A stretch of 42,683 bases of DNA from a virus (Duplodnaviria; Caudoviricetes): positions 1 through 42,683 of IMG/VR virus record IMGVR_UViG_3300033076_000239; one strand, written 5' to 3'. Below, in pieces: positions 16,373-26,025 of the stretch. The notes below the pieces were generated by a model. That model was not told where the DNA came from. It searched no databases and worked only from the letters and a program-made list of their open reading frames with translations. Every line of letters starts with the position of its first letter. The first letter of the stretch is position 1. The position numbers and the translations under genes were made by a program.

Positions 16373-18622
16373 TTATCCGTTAAACGATGCGCCAGTTGGT
16401 AAAATGTTGAAATCAATTTGAATGAATTCAGCAGTTTTAGTTGGTTGTAAGTAGATAGCTCCTTTCATAATGTTTCTATCAATTACATCTGGTGTATTGT
16501 TTGAATCATCCATCACAACTCTAAATGCGTAAAGTCCTTGTCTTTGTTGGATTGATTCCAAGTAAGGATTTACGATATTTAAGAATCTATTTCTAGTTTC
16601 AGAAGTGTTTTGTTCGAACACTAAATATCTTGATGTAGATGCGATGTATTTTCTAACAGTTAATAATAATCTTCTTACGTTGATTCTATCTAATGCAGAT
16701 GGTTTATCTTGCAATGTCTTTTGTCCGAATACAACGATGCCTTGTCCAGGGAACTGAACGATTGGATTAACTTTTCCTTCGTATAATGTATCTTTTTCAG
16801 ATTGAGTTAAACGATTTTGAACAGAAACTGCTCCAATTAATCCACCTCTATTTAAACCTGCTGGTGCAAACCATTCAGCAGCTACTCTATCATTAGATGC
16901 AAACACACCAGGTAATAATACTGATGGTGGTACTGCAATTAACTTATTAGTATTTACATCAATAGTTTTAACCCAAGGGTAGTAAGTTGCTGCGTAATTA
17001 GAATCAATTGCGTCTGCTTGTGTTACTGCTTGTGCAATACTATCGGAATATGCATTTGTATCCATAATATAGAAACAATCACTTCTTTCTTCAACCATGT
17101 CCAAAACATCAGTTGTTACAACCGGATGTAATCTTCTAATAACTCCTGGAGTTACAACCATATTAATATCGTATTCATCTTGGTTAGATAATGCAGATAC
17201 ATGCTTTCCATATGCAATTGAACCAGATGATAATGATGTAGAAAGGTTAAATCCTTGTGAGTTTCCTGCGATGATATTATCTCCTTTGTAAATAGGTGTT
17301 GCAGGATTCATACCATCAAAACCTTCTTGGAATGCTACTAAGAATTGTGCCGATGTTGAACCTACTGATAATGAACCACCGTTAGTAGAATCTACACCAA
17401 ATGCAACGTTTGCTCCTACACCAGCTCCATTAGGAATTGGTTTTAAATAAATTGCATTATCTGTATTATTTTCTAAATCAATACCACCATAAGTAGATGA
17501 TGATGAACTAACAAATGATGCAGATGGGATTAAACTTCCAATTGCTGCTGATGTTGATATTGGTAATTGATATGCTGCATGTGCAAACGGTACTGCTTGA
17601 ACTGGCGCGTTTTCATTCAATTGAGAAATTCTAACATATTTTGAGTTATTAACCCAATCACCACTTTCAGTTACCTTACCATCCGATGCAATAGTTCTTT
17701 TTCTATCACCTATTACTCTTGCAATATAGTTAGGAGAATTAGGGTCTAAATTTACATTAGAGAATGTTTCTAATACAATTTTCTTTTTGTTTGTATCAGC
17801 AAAATCTCTAACAACAACTGTGAATGTACCATAATCAGTACCATTTACAGAACCCGCTGCTTTAATGTTTGTAATACCAATCTTAACTTTTGAGTTTGCT
17901 GCATTTCCTGCACCAATTGTTTCAAAACGGAATAAGTTTGTTCTTTCTCCTGAAATCAATTGTGATTGGATAAATGGAGTTTTAGCTTCTTGTGCATCAA
18001 ATGTATATGCTTGACTTCCCAACACAGTTACAGATGCAGTTGCTGCTGCACTAAATCCTATTGGTTGTCCTTGATTTGAATATGCATTTTGAAAGAATCC
18101 ATACACATATGGTTTTTTAGCACCAAATGGAGATAATCCAAATACTGCTTCAATATCATTTGTATTAGATGCATCTAATGATGCTGATAGTAATCCTGCG
18201 TTTGAACCAGAAATTAAAAAATTACCACTTCCGTTTGGAGTTACAGTAGTTCCTGTAAAACCTGCGTTTGAACCACTTACAGTATTGTAAAGAATACCAA
18301 CCGATGCTGATATTGAACCCGAAGTTACTGTTAATAATAAAGGAGCAGTTTCTGTATATCCACCAATACCCGCAACTCTACAAATTGTAGCAGTTCCTGC
18401 TTCTCTTAAATATGATTGTACTGCTAAAGGTGTGTAGTAAGTATCATCAACAGTTCCAAACAAAGTTTCAAATTCTGCTTGAGAATTAACAATTGTTGGA
18501 ACTAATGGTCCTTCTTTGAAAGGTCCGATGAACGCTGCACCAATATCAGCTACACCTTGTTGTAAAAATGATAGGTCGTTTTCTTTTGTAAAAACACCTG
18601 GTGATACTATTTTGTCTGCCAT
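16373..18622 (-). CDS. gp18: tail sheath protein (T4 gp18-like)
   Basis: SPGVFTKENDLS, YYPWV, WFAPAGLNRG, VFGQKTLQ...DRINVRRLL, FEQN and PTKTAEFI. Confidence 0.96.
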   Translation of the reverse strand: MADKIVSPGVFTKENDLSFLQQGVADIGAAFIGPFKEGPLVPTIVNSQAEFETLFGTVDDTYYTPLAVQSYLREAGTATICRVAGIGGYTETAPLLLTVTSGSISASVGILYNTVSGSNAGFTGTTVTPNGSGNFLISGSNAGLLSASLDASNTNDIEAVFGLSPFGAKKPYVYGFFQNAYSNQGQPIGFSAAATASVTVLGSQAYTFDAQEAKTPFIQSQLISGERTNLFRFETIGAGNAANSKVKIGITNIKAAGSVNGTDYGTFTVVVRDFADTNKKKIVLETFSNVNLDPNSPNYIARVIGDRKRTIASDGKVTESGDWVNNSKYVRISQLNENAPVQAVPFAHAAYQLPISTSAAIGSLIPSASFVSSSSSTYGGIDLENNTDNAIYLKPIPNGAGVGANVAFGVDSTNGGSLSVGSTSAQFLVAFQEGFDGMNPATPIYKGDNIIAGNSQGFNLSTSLSSGSIAYGKHVSALSNQDEYDINMVVTPGVIRRLHPVVTTDVLDMVEERSDCFYIMDTNAYSDSIAQAVTQADAIDSNYAATYYPWVKTIDVNTNKLIAVPPSVLLPGVFASNDRVAAEWFAPAGLNRGGLIGAVSVQNRLTQSEKDTLYEGKVNPIVQFPGQGIVVFGQKTLQDKPSALDRINVRRLLLTVRKYIASTSRYLVFEQNTSETRNRFLNIVNPYLESIQQRQGLYAFRVVMDDSNNTPDVIDRNIMKGAIYLQPTKTAEFIQIDFNILPTGASFNG

Positions 18623-18656
18623 TTTGTATGCTAATTTAAAAATTTTATTATCTCAA

Positions 18657-18665
18657 TATAAATAT
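18657..18665 (-). promoter_or_regulatory. putative late promoter motif ATATTTATA
   Basis: Upstream of the sheath gene. Confidence 0.6.
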
Positions 18666-18691
18666 AAAAATTATTTTCAAAACATCAATTC

Positions 18692-20428
18692 TTATTTGTA
18701 TGATGGAGAGAAATAATCATATACTTGTCCGATTTCAGTTGAACTCAATTGTCTGTTGTAGAATAATACAGGTCCTATTTGTCCTCCAAAGTAATAACTG
18801 TTTTCTCTAAAATTACCACCAACGGTTATTAAAGCACCTGTTGTATAATCCTTTGCACCATTTGATATAGTTCCAGTTGATGTTTTATCAAAATACCCAA
18901 CGTTAGTTCCATTTAATGCTGCCGTATAAGAAACCATATACCAAACATTTGCAGTTAATGATGTTCCTGTTCCTGCATATTGAATAGATGTTCCATCATG
19001 TATATAATATGTTCCAGAACCATTTGAGTTTATATATAATGATATTAATCGGTCAGCACTAGTATTTCCGGTTTGTTTATTAAAGAAATTATGCCAAGTT
19101 TGTGCAGGGTGTGTTGGGAATCTAAACCAACATATTACAGAATATGCTGATGTATTAAATTGAGTATATCCATCACTAATGTTTGTTGTTCCATCTTTAT
19201 ACCAAAATTTATTTGTAGATAATGACCAATATTTTTCTTTTCTAGTTGCTCCTGCATTATATGTAGGGTTTCCACCGGAAATACCCGCTGCATTTGTTAC
19301 ACCTGCTGGTCTTAAACCAGTTCCCCATCCACTTAAATCTAACCAATCCGTTGTATCAGTTCCATTTGTAGATGATGCTTTCGATGGGTCTAAATACATT
19401 CTCAATCCAGATGATGGAATAAAAGGTTGTGTAGTTGTACCTTTATTATGAGATACTATACCATTTGCCAAATAAACGTCGGCATTTTCTACGTTAATAG
19501 TTACAATCTCAACATCTTCCATTATTGTTTCCATATTGGTTACTTCAATTTCTTCCGTACCAATCATTTCATAATATTGAACCAATCTATCTCCTGGTAA
19601 TAAATCTTCTACATTTTTAAAATGATATTGATTGATTTCCGCATCCCAAACCCAAAGAGGGTGAGTACCAGTTGCTTTAATTATTCCATCATTAATAGAA
19701 TAATATCCACTTGCAAAGTTAAATGTTAAATCTGCAATCATTACTTCTTGATATGAACCAGATAATGCTTCGGATTTATACATTCTCCAATCAACTTGGT
19801 CTGATTCGGGGTCCTGTGATTCATCGGGTAATCCTGCTGGCACCCACGCTTTTATAGTATCACCTACTGCCAAATCTTCTACATTAACTTCCGTTCCATC
19901 TGGTCTTTGTACTTTACTTCCAAATAATAAACAGAAATCAGGTTGGTTAATTGTATTATAAACATCAACTGCATATAATGTTTTTGTAACAGTAGAGTTG
20001 TAATTTGTTGCAGCAGTATTATATCCATCCGCATATCTCATACTTAATACAGATTGTGCTTCCGAATAAGATGTAAGAGAAATTGCAGCAGGTGTGATTG
20101 GAAATGATGGAGATGCTCCTAATGTTGGAGAACCTACTGAAAAGTTTGCATTATCAAAAGTTACAGAGTAATTTGCAGCTACACTACCAACCTTTGAACC
20201 ATGTAATGAACCTGCCGTTCCAAATGTAAAAGTTGCATTTTCAGTTGTAGATTCAACTATATAAGTATATGTTGGTGGTGTAACTGTAACCGAATCAATT
20301 GCAAATGATGTAAATGCCGAATTGGCAGCTGCACCACCTAATCCTCCAATTGAAACTGCTTGTGTAGTTCTTGCTGAACCACTAACTGCTCTATATAAAT
20401 TTCCTAATGATAAATTAGTTCTTGCCAT
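18692..20428 (-). CDS. probable virion protein: Ser/Thr-rich N-domain, Hint (intein-like) domain, C-terminal LamG-like domain
   Basis: Hint motifs CLLFGSKV...VEDLAVGD, ATGTHP and YLANGIVSHN at 19445-19933. LamG-like GLRMYLD...WLDLSG...WYMVSYT...GQIGPVLFYNRQLSSTEI. Confidence 0.85.
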   Translation of the reverse strand: MARTNLSLGNLYRAVSGSARTTQAVSIGGLGGAAANSAFTSFAIDSVTVTPPTYTYIVESTTENATFTFGTAGSLHGSKVGSVAANYSVTFDNANFSVGSPTLGASPSFPITPAAISLTSYSEAQSVLSMRYADGYNTAATNYNSTVTKTLYAVDVYNTINQPDFCLLFGSKVQRPDGTEVNVEDLAVGDTIKAWVPAGLPDESQDPESDQVDWRMYKSEALSGSYQEVMIADLTFNFASGYYSINDGIIKATGTHPLWVWDAEINQYHFKNVEDLLPGDRLVQYYEMIGTEEIEVTNMETIMEDVEIVTINVENADVYLANGIVSHNKGTTTQPFIPSSGLRMYLDPSKASSTNGTDTTDWLDLSGWGTGLRPAGVTNAAGISGGNPTYNAGATRKEKYWSLSTNKFWYKDGTTNISDGYTQFNTSAYSVICWFRFPTHPAQTWHNFFNKQTGNTSADRLISLYINSNGSGTYYIHDGTSIQYAGTGTSLTANVWYMVSYTAALNGTNVGYFDKTSTGTISNGAKDYTTGALITVGGNFRENSYYFGGQIGPVLFYNRQLSSTEIGQVYDYFSPSYK

Positions 20429-20438
20429 TATTTATGTA

Positions 20439-21437
20439 TTATTCTCCGTTATAAATATCCAAAAGTTTTTCTTTCCATACTTCTTTATTTCCGAAGTTAC
20501 TTTGCATCCAATCTTTTAGTTTTTTGTGTTCTGCTTTTCTTTCTTCATAACTATCTTTACAGAGTTGCTCATAGGTTTCCTTAAAAGTTTCTGCATCTTT
20601 TGCTTTATATTTGTAGTCAAGGGGAACACACCAGTTTTCATGTAATATTGGTACTTTCCCCCAATCAACTGCTTCAAATATTCCATATCCGAATGGTTCA
20701 TTTTCAAAACACGAGTGAGATATACCCCAATCAAGTCCGTAGAACCTTTCTTTATATTTGTAATCAAACTTATAAATTTTACTTTTTTCGAATTTGTATC
20801 CATATTTCTTTCGGTAATATTTGTTAAATGTTTCTGAATTAGTAGAAATATAATTTTCAAATGGTTCTATGAACTCTAAATTTTTTCTACCTTCCGCTCT
20901 TGCGGCAAAACCAATTTTCAATGACTCCGAAACCTCTTTATTTACTTTAAATTTGTAATGGTTTGGTATATGGTGTAAATTTTCTGTTTTATATGGAAAA
21001 TGATATAACCCTACCCAAACTTTATTTTTAATTTTATCAATCAATTCTGATTCATATTCCCAATTACCATACCAATGTAAGTACTCATCTTTTCCCATTT
21101 GTGCCATTAAAGACACTTTTGTTAAATTATGAAAAACGATTGAATCAATCTTTTCCAAATTTTGATGAATAGCTCTGGTTGGAGTATAATGACCGTGAAG
21201 AATATGAATACGTCTTGCACCATTTAATATTTTTATTATCTCATCTTCCGATGTTTCCCAAATATGGTCAATATCAATTGGAAACTCTTCATAATTTTGA
21301 GGTTTGTGTCTATGGAATAATAAAAGAGGTTTCACCCCTAATTCGGGTGCTACCTCCTTTATCCATTCCGTAACCCACATATCCGCACCACTATTGAACC
21401 AAGGTCCTCCTGCGGTCGTATAATAAACATCGTACAT
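20439..21437 (-). CDS. glycosyltransferase, GT-B fold (GT4-like)
   Basis: GFAARAEGRKN and EPFGYGIFEA...GKVPIL (E-X7-E motif). The ATG overlaps the upstream fibre stop (TAATG). Confidence 0.85.
   Translation of the reverse strand: MYDVYYTTAGGPWFNSGADMWVTEWIKEVAPELGVKPLLLFHRHKPQNYEEFPIDIDHIWETSEDEIIKILNGARRIHILHGHYTPTRAIHQNLEKIDSIVFHNLTKVSLMAQMGKDEYLHWYGNWEYESELIDKIKNKVWVGLYHFPYKTENLHHIPNHYKFKVNKEVSESLKIGFAARAEGRKNLEFIEPFENYISTNSETFNKYYRKKYGYKFEKSKIYKFDYKYKERFYGLDWGISHSCFENEPFGYGIFEAVDWGKVPILHENWCVPLDYKYKAKDAETFKETYEQLCKDSYEERKAEHKKLKDWMQSNFGNKEVWKEKLLDIYNGE
20450..20458 (-). promoter_or_regulatory. putative late promoter motif ATATTTATA, inside the 3' end of the glycosyltransferase gene
   Basis: Exact motif about 21 nt upstream of the Hint-protein ATG. 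Confidence 0.55.
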
Positions 21438-24400
21438 TATTTAGAACCTAATTGTGCTTTTAAATCTTCTATTTGTTTTTGTTGTTCTTTGATTGCTTCT
21501 ACCAATAGACCCATCATTTTTGAGTAATCTAATGATAAGAAACCATCTTCTCTTTCTTTTACAACTTCTGGCAATACTTGCTGAACTTCTTGCGCAATTA
21601 AACCAGTTTTTGGAGTTGATTTTGTTACTTCATTTACATCATCATTCCATTCCCAAGTTACACCATTCAATTGTTTAACTTTATCTAATGCGTTTGGAAT
21701 AATTTGAATGTTATTCTTATGTCTTTTATCTGATGTAAAATATGCAGTAATATCACCCGTTGCAGTTATTGTTCCGTTGATAGTTAAGTTACCAAATGTA
21801 GGAGTTGCGTTAGTTGCTACCGATTGTCCAATTGAGATTGTTACTGCTCCCGTTGCTCCCGATACCGTTACACCCGTTCCTGCAACGTTTGATGTTACAC
21901 CTGCATTTGTTAAAGTTATAGATGAACCTAATGCAACTGCACCACCACCACTTAAACCAGTTCCTGCGGTTACAGTTACCGAAGAGTTTGTCAATTGTGA
22001 ATTACCAATTCCCGTAATTTGAGATGAACCAGTTACAACAGTACCAATTGCCGTTCTAATAGTTTCAGCAGTTACAGTTCCACCTAATGATGTAGATTGT
22101 CCTGCGATTGTAATTGAACTATTTGTTAAAGATGCGTTTGCAATATTAGAAAGAGTGTTTGATGCTCCACTAATTGTTTTATTTGTTAAAGTTACAGATG
22201 CTGCTGCAAATGAACTCGTATATGTATTTAAATTAGTTAATGATGCGTTTTGTGCAGTATTAGTAGTATCAACCGATGCTGTCCAAGTTCCAAGTGGTGC
22301 AAAGTGGTTTCCATCCCATAAGTCCGCATTTAAATTAGTAACTGCCGTTGTAGATGATACGGTTAAAGGTGCAGTACCAGTTGCAATTGTTGATGTATAT
22401 GTTGTTCCCGTATATGCACCTGCTTTGAAATCTGCCAAAGTAAATCCTGTTCCCGCAGTATCAACAGTTCCAATTGTTTCACTCTGTAATCCGTTAAATA
22501 CTTTCCAAGCATGCCCATCAGATGCATCCATAAATACACCTGCATGTCTGTATGTACCATCGTTGTAGTGTCCAACAATACCCAAATCATTATCAGTAGA
22601 ACCAGTAGGTGCTAAATAAAGAATATTATCTGAAATTTCAACATTTTGTGAATTGATTACAGATTGAGTACCATAAACGGTAATGTTTCCTAAAAATACA
22701 GTACTTGAACCTGTTATTTGGATTGCGTTGTTTAATGAACTTGTATAACTATTTAAGTTGGTTTGTGTTGCCAACAATGATGCCGTAGTAGATGCTAAAG
22801 TTGCGTTTTTAGTTTCTAAACTTGCGGTATATGATGCAAGAGTTGCATTTTTAGTTTCTAATGAAGAAGTATATGATGCAAGAGTTGCGTTTTTAGTTTC
22901 TAACGAAGCAGTATATGATGCTAATGTAGTATTTTTAGCTTCTAATGAAGAAGTATATGATGCAAGAGTTGCGTTTTTAGTTTCTAAACTTGCGGTATAT
23001 GATGCAAGAGTTGCGTTTTTAGTTTCTAAACTTGCAGTATATGATGCTAATGTAGTATTTTTAGTATCTTGTGATGCAGTATATGAATTTGCAGAAGCCA
23101 ATATATCAACTACTTGTGCCGATGCAGAAACTGTTCCAACTGGAAGTGATTTTGTTAAATCTACTGAACCACTATTAATTACATCTTTTGTAACAATAGT
23201 TTGTGCATTAATTGTATGAACTGCAGAACCTTCCGGATTCATTAAATAAATAGAACCAGTTCCAACATAAATATGTCTAAATGGCTTTGTTGTAGTACCT
23301 AAATCGTATGCACCACTTGTGGCAGGAATTAGAGAACCACTAAATGTTTGGTCTTGATTAAATAAATTTGAAACAGTATTTAATGCGTATGAACCTGTTT
23401 TAGAGTTTATATCTGCAATATGTCCTAATGTAGATGCACTAAATGAGTTTAAACTTGCAGTTGATTCTTGTATTCTCGCAACTTGTGCTGCCATCGAAGC
23501 AGTTAAAGTTTGTAATGTACTAAATTTAGTTTCAAATGAACCAGTTTTAGTATTGATGTCTGTTATGTGTCCTAATGTAGATGCACTAAATGAGTTTAAT
23601 GATGAAGTTACACCTCCAATAGTTGTAAATTTAGAATCAACACTTGCCGTATAAGATGCTAATGTACTATTTTTAGTATCTTGTGATGCAGAATATGCGT
23701 TTAGTGATGATAATATACCAACTACTTGTTGTGATGATGTAACCGGAGTGTGTGCATCTGTAATTACTTTTGCCTCACTACCACTCACACCTGCTACCCA
23801 AGTATCTAAAGTACCATCCCATAATAATGAACCAGATAATGTTGAACCACCCGTTCCATCTTTTATTAAAAGACCACCTTTAACAACTGCTCCACCATAA
23901 TTTAATTCAATTATAGAATCTGCAATTGCAAGTGTTGTAGAATTTACAGTTGTTTGAGTTCCTGCTACTACTAAATTACCCGCAATATTAACATTTGAAC
24001 CTGTTAATTGGATTGCAGTATTAAATGAGTTAGTAAATGCATTTAATGAAGCTGATGATTCTTGTAATCTACTTATTTGTGCCGCTACTGATGCGGTTAA
24101 AGTTTGTAATGTAGTAAATTTAGATTCAAACGAACCTGTTTTAGTATTAATATCAGAAATGTGTCCTAATGTAGATGCACTAAATGAATTTAATGAAGCA
24201 GTTGATTCTTGTATTCTTGAAACTTGTGCCGTCATTGAAGCAGTTAAAGTTTGAAGAGTACTAAATTTAGAATCAATTGAAGCAGTGTAAGTTGCAAGAG
24301 TTGCGTTTTTAGTTTCAAAAGAACCTGTTTTAACATTAATGTCCGCAATATGTCCTAAAACAGAAGCAGAAGTTAATTCTAAATTTGCTATTCTACTAGC

Positions 24401-25216
24401 TTGTGCAACATCTGTTGATGTAATCGAAGCAGAAACTGCACCTAATGATGAACTAACGGATGAACTAAATGTTGTATATCCAGTTGTAGATGAAATTGTT
24501 ACTTGCGAAGAACCTGAAACTAATGTAGGTAATGTACTTATTCCTGTAAAATTAATTTGAGATGAACCAGAAACTACACCATTTGTTGCTCCGATTGAAC
24601 CAGTAATTCCACTTGCTACAATTAAACCACCGTTTGTTATAGAAGTATTACCATTGAATTCAATTAAACCAGATGTTGAATATATTTTAACTTTATCAGT
24701 AGATAATGAATCATCTGAAATTGTAAATGTTCCGTCTGCATTTTTAATAGAAAAATCATCATTACTATCAGTATCTATTAAATAAATACGAGGAGATGTT
24801 GATGAAATTTTTAAATCACCATTTACTATTTGTGCCGAAGCAGTAACGTTAGTTGCTTCTAATGAAACACCATAAATGTTTTTATATCTTTTAGAAGATG
24901 AACCTAAATCAAATGCATTATCATTATTTGGTATGATTGAAGAACTCAAATCTGCATTTACAACAACATTATCAGTATTTGCATCACCAATGGTAATAGT
25001 ACCTCCTAATGTTAAATTACCATCTATCTTTGCGTTTCCGGTAATATCTAATGATGAACCCGAAATACCAACATTTGCAGATGTTCCTGCTAATGTAATA
25101 TCACCAGTATCTCCACCGATTTGTAATGTTCCTAATGTTGTATTTACGAATGGTTCTCCGAATGCTAACGAACCTGATTTCTGTGCGGTTGTCCCACGTC
25201 TAAATTTAAGTGCCAT
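21437..25216 (-). CDS. tail fibre protein with coiled-coil repeats and C-terminal peptidase S74 intramolecular chaperone
   Basis: N-terminal LKFRRGT...LAFGE attachment motif, heptad repeats, and C-terminal TSDKRHKNNI...LNGVTWEW...GLIAQEV...LDY...LVEAIKE (21437-21733). Confidence 0.9.
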   Translation of the reverse strand: MALKFRRGTTAQKSGSLAFGEPFVNTTLGTLQIGGDTGDITLAGTSANVGISGSSLDITGNAKIDGNLTLGGTITIGDANTDNVVVNADLSSSIIPNNDNAFDLGSSSKRYKNIYGVSLEATNVTASAQIVNGDLKISSTSPRIYLIDTDSNDDFSIKNADGTFTISDDSLSTDKVKIYSTSGLIEFNGNTSITNGGLIVASGITGSIGATNGVVSGSSQINFTGISTLPTLVSGSSQVTISSTTGYTTFSSSVSSSLGAVSASITSTDVAQASRIANLELTSASVLGHIADINVKTGSFETKNATLATYTASIDSKFSTLQTLTASMTAQVSRIQESTASLNSFSASTLGHISDINTKTGSFESKFTTLQTLTASVAAQISRLQESSASLNAFTNSFNTAIQLTGSNVNIAGNLVVAGTQTTVNSTTLAIADSIIELNYGGAVVKGGLLIKDGTGGSTLSGSLLWDGTLDTWVAGVSGSEAKVITDAHTPVTSSQQVVGILSSLNAYSASQDTKNSTLASYTASVDSKFTTIGGVTSSLNSFSASTLGHITDINTKTGSFETKFSTLQTLTASMAAQVARIQESTASLNSFSASTLGHIADINSKTGSYALNTVSNLFNQDQTFSGSLIPATSGAYDLGTTTKPFRHIYVGTGSIYLMNPEGSAVHTINAQTIVTKDVINSGSVDLTKSLPVGTVSASAQVVDILASANSYTASQDTKNTTLASYTASLETKNATLASYTASLETKNATLASYTSSLEAKNTTLASYTASLETKNATLASYTSSLETKNATLASYTASLETKNATLASTTASLLATQTNLNSYTSSLNNAIQITGSSTVFLGNITVYGTQSVINSQNVEISDNILYLAPTGSTDNDLGIVGHYNDGTYRHAGVFMDASDGHAWKVFNGLQSETIGTVDTAGTGFTLADFKAGAYTGTTYTSTIATGTAPLTVSSTTAVTNLNADLWDGNHFAPLGTWTASVDTTNTAQNASLTNLNTYTSSFAAASVTLTNKTISGASNTLSNIANASLTNSSITIAGQSTSLGGTVTAETIRTAIGTVVTGSSQITGIGNSQLTNSSVTVTAGTGLSGGGAVALGSSITLTNAGVTSNVAGTGVTVSGATGAVTISIGQSVATNATPTFGNLTINGTITATGDITAYFTSDKRHKNNIQIIPNALDKVKQLNGVTWEWNDDVNEVTKSTPKTGLIAQEVQQVLPEVVKEREDGFLSLDYSKMMGLLVEAIKEQQKQIEDLKAQLGSK
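22778..23071 (-). repeat. seven tandem 42-bp coding repeats (LETKNATLASYTAS)
   Basis: Contiguous, near-identical 14-codon units visible in both DNA and protein. Confidence 0.92.
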
Positions 25217-25253
25217 CTAGTTACCTTTTTTTTAGTACGATTATGTTTGTTAA

Positions 25254-25262
25254 TATAAATAT
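25254..25262 (-). promoter_or_regulatory. putative late promoter motif ATATTTATA
   Basis: Upstream of the S74 fibre and glycosyltransferase unit. Confidence 0.6.
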
Positions 25263-25289
25263 AACTTTTAAAACTATTTCTTATTTTTA

Positions 25290-26015
25290 CTATATTCCGT
25301 ATGTTCCTTTTATTGCGTTGTAATTCTGTGTTATTTCCGTAGTCGATAATGCTTTGTTATAAACTCTAATTTGATAAAATACGGGTTGGTTTGCTGATGT
25401 TGAACTATTCAATTTATCAGTTGCACCAGTTCCTGCGTTTGTATGTCTTGCACCAAAAAGGAATTCGGATGTTGCATAACCACCCGTTGGGTTTGCTACT
25501 GTTGCAGTTGTTCCAAATTGAGTTCCATTCAAATATAAACTTTTACTCGTGCCATTTATTACAAATATCCAATGTCTTATTGCGTTACTTGCAGTTATTG
25601 TTGCGGTTGTTTGTGCATTTGGAGAACCCCATGTTATACCAGTTGATGTTCCTTGATATGCAAGATACCCTTTGGCAGCACTATAACTTTCATTTCCCCA
25701 AATAGTTGCCCATTGAGTTGTTGAGTTAAATGATGCTACAATTTCAACTGTTGTAGTTGTACCACTAATATTATATGGGACACTAATATAGTCCGTTCCA
25801 AGATAATTTGCGTTATTCAATTTTATACCCCCACCATTGTTTGATACATATGATGGAGAACCTTGTAAAGTTGCGTTATATCCATTCCCACTTGCATCCG
25901 ACCAAGTTGTTCCCGAAGATGGTGCAGTTTGTAAATTAAACACCAATCCACTTGTTACTATTGTTGATGTAGTGGTTCCAGATATTGTAAATCCTCTTGA
26001 AAATGTTATACTCAT
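25290..26015 (-). CDS. LamG / concanavalin A-like domain virion protein
   Basis: GTTWSDASGNGYNATL...LYLNG...IRVYNKALSTTEITQNYNA. Confidence 0.85.
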   Translation of the reverse strand: MSITFSRGFTISGTTTSTIVTSGLVFNLQTAPSSGTTWSDASGNGYNATLQGSPSYVSNNGGGIKLNNANYLGTDYISVPYNISGTTTTVEIVASFNSTTQWATIWGNESYSAAKGYLAYQGTSTGITWGSPNAQTTATITASNAIRHWIFVINGTSKSLYLNGTQFGTTATVANPTGGYATSEFLFGARHTNAGTGATDKLNSSTSANQPVFYQIRVYNKALSTTEITQNYNAIKGTYGI

Positions 26016-26025
26016 AACTTTATTT

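Noticed and set aside
19445-19933. Canonical mobile intein
   Set aside because: There is no endonuclease domain and the +1 residue is Lys.
20516-20860. Alternate-frame minus-strand ORFs (also 15576-15770, 22363-22590, 27503-27703)
   Set aside because: They are nested in or largely overlap well-supported genes, with no motifs or initiation signals.
22778-23071. 42-bp repeats as a CRISPR array
   Set aside because: The units are contiguous with no spacers, are in frame, and encode a coiled coil.
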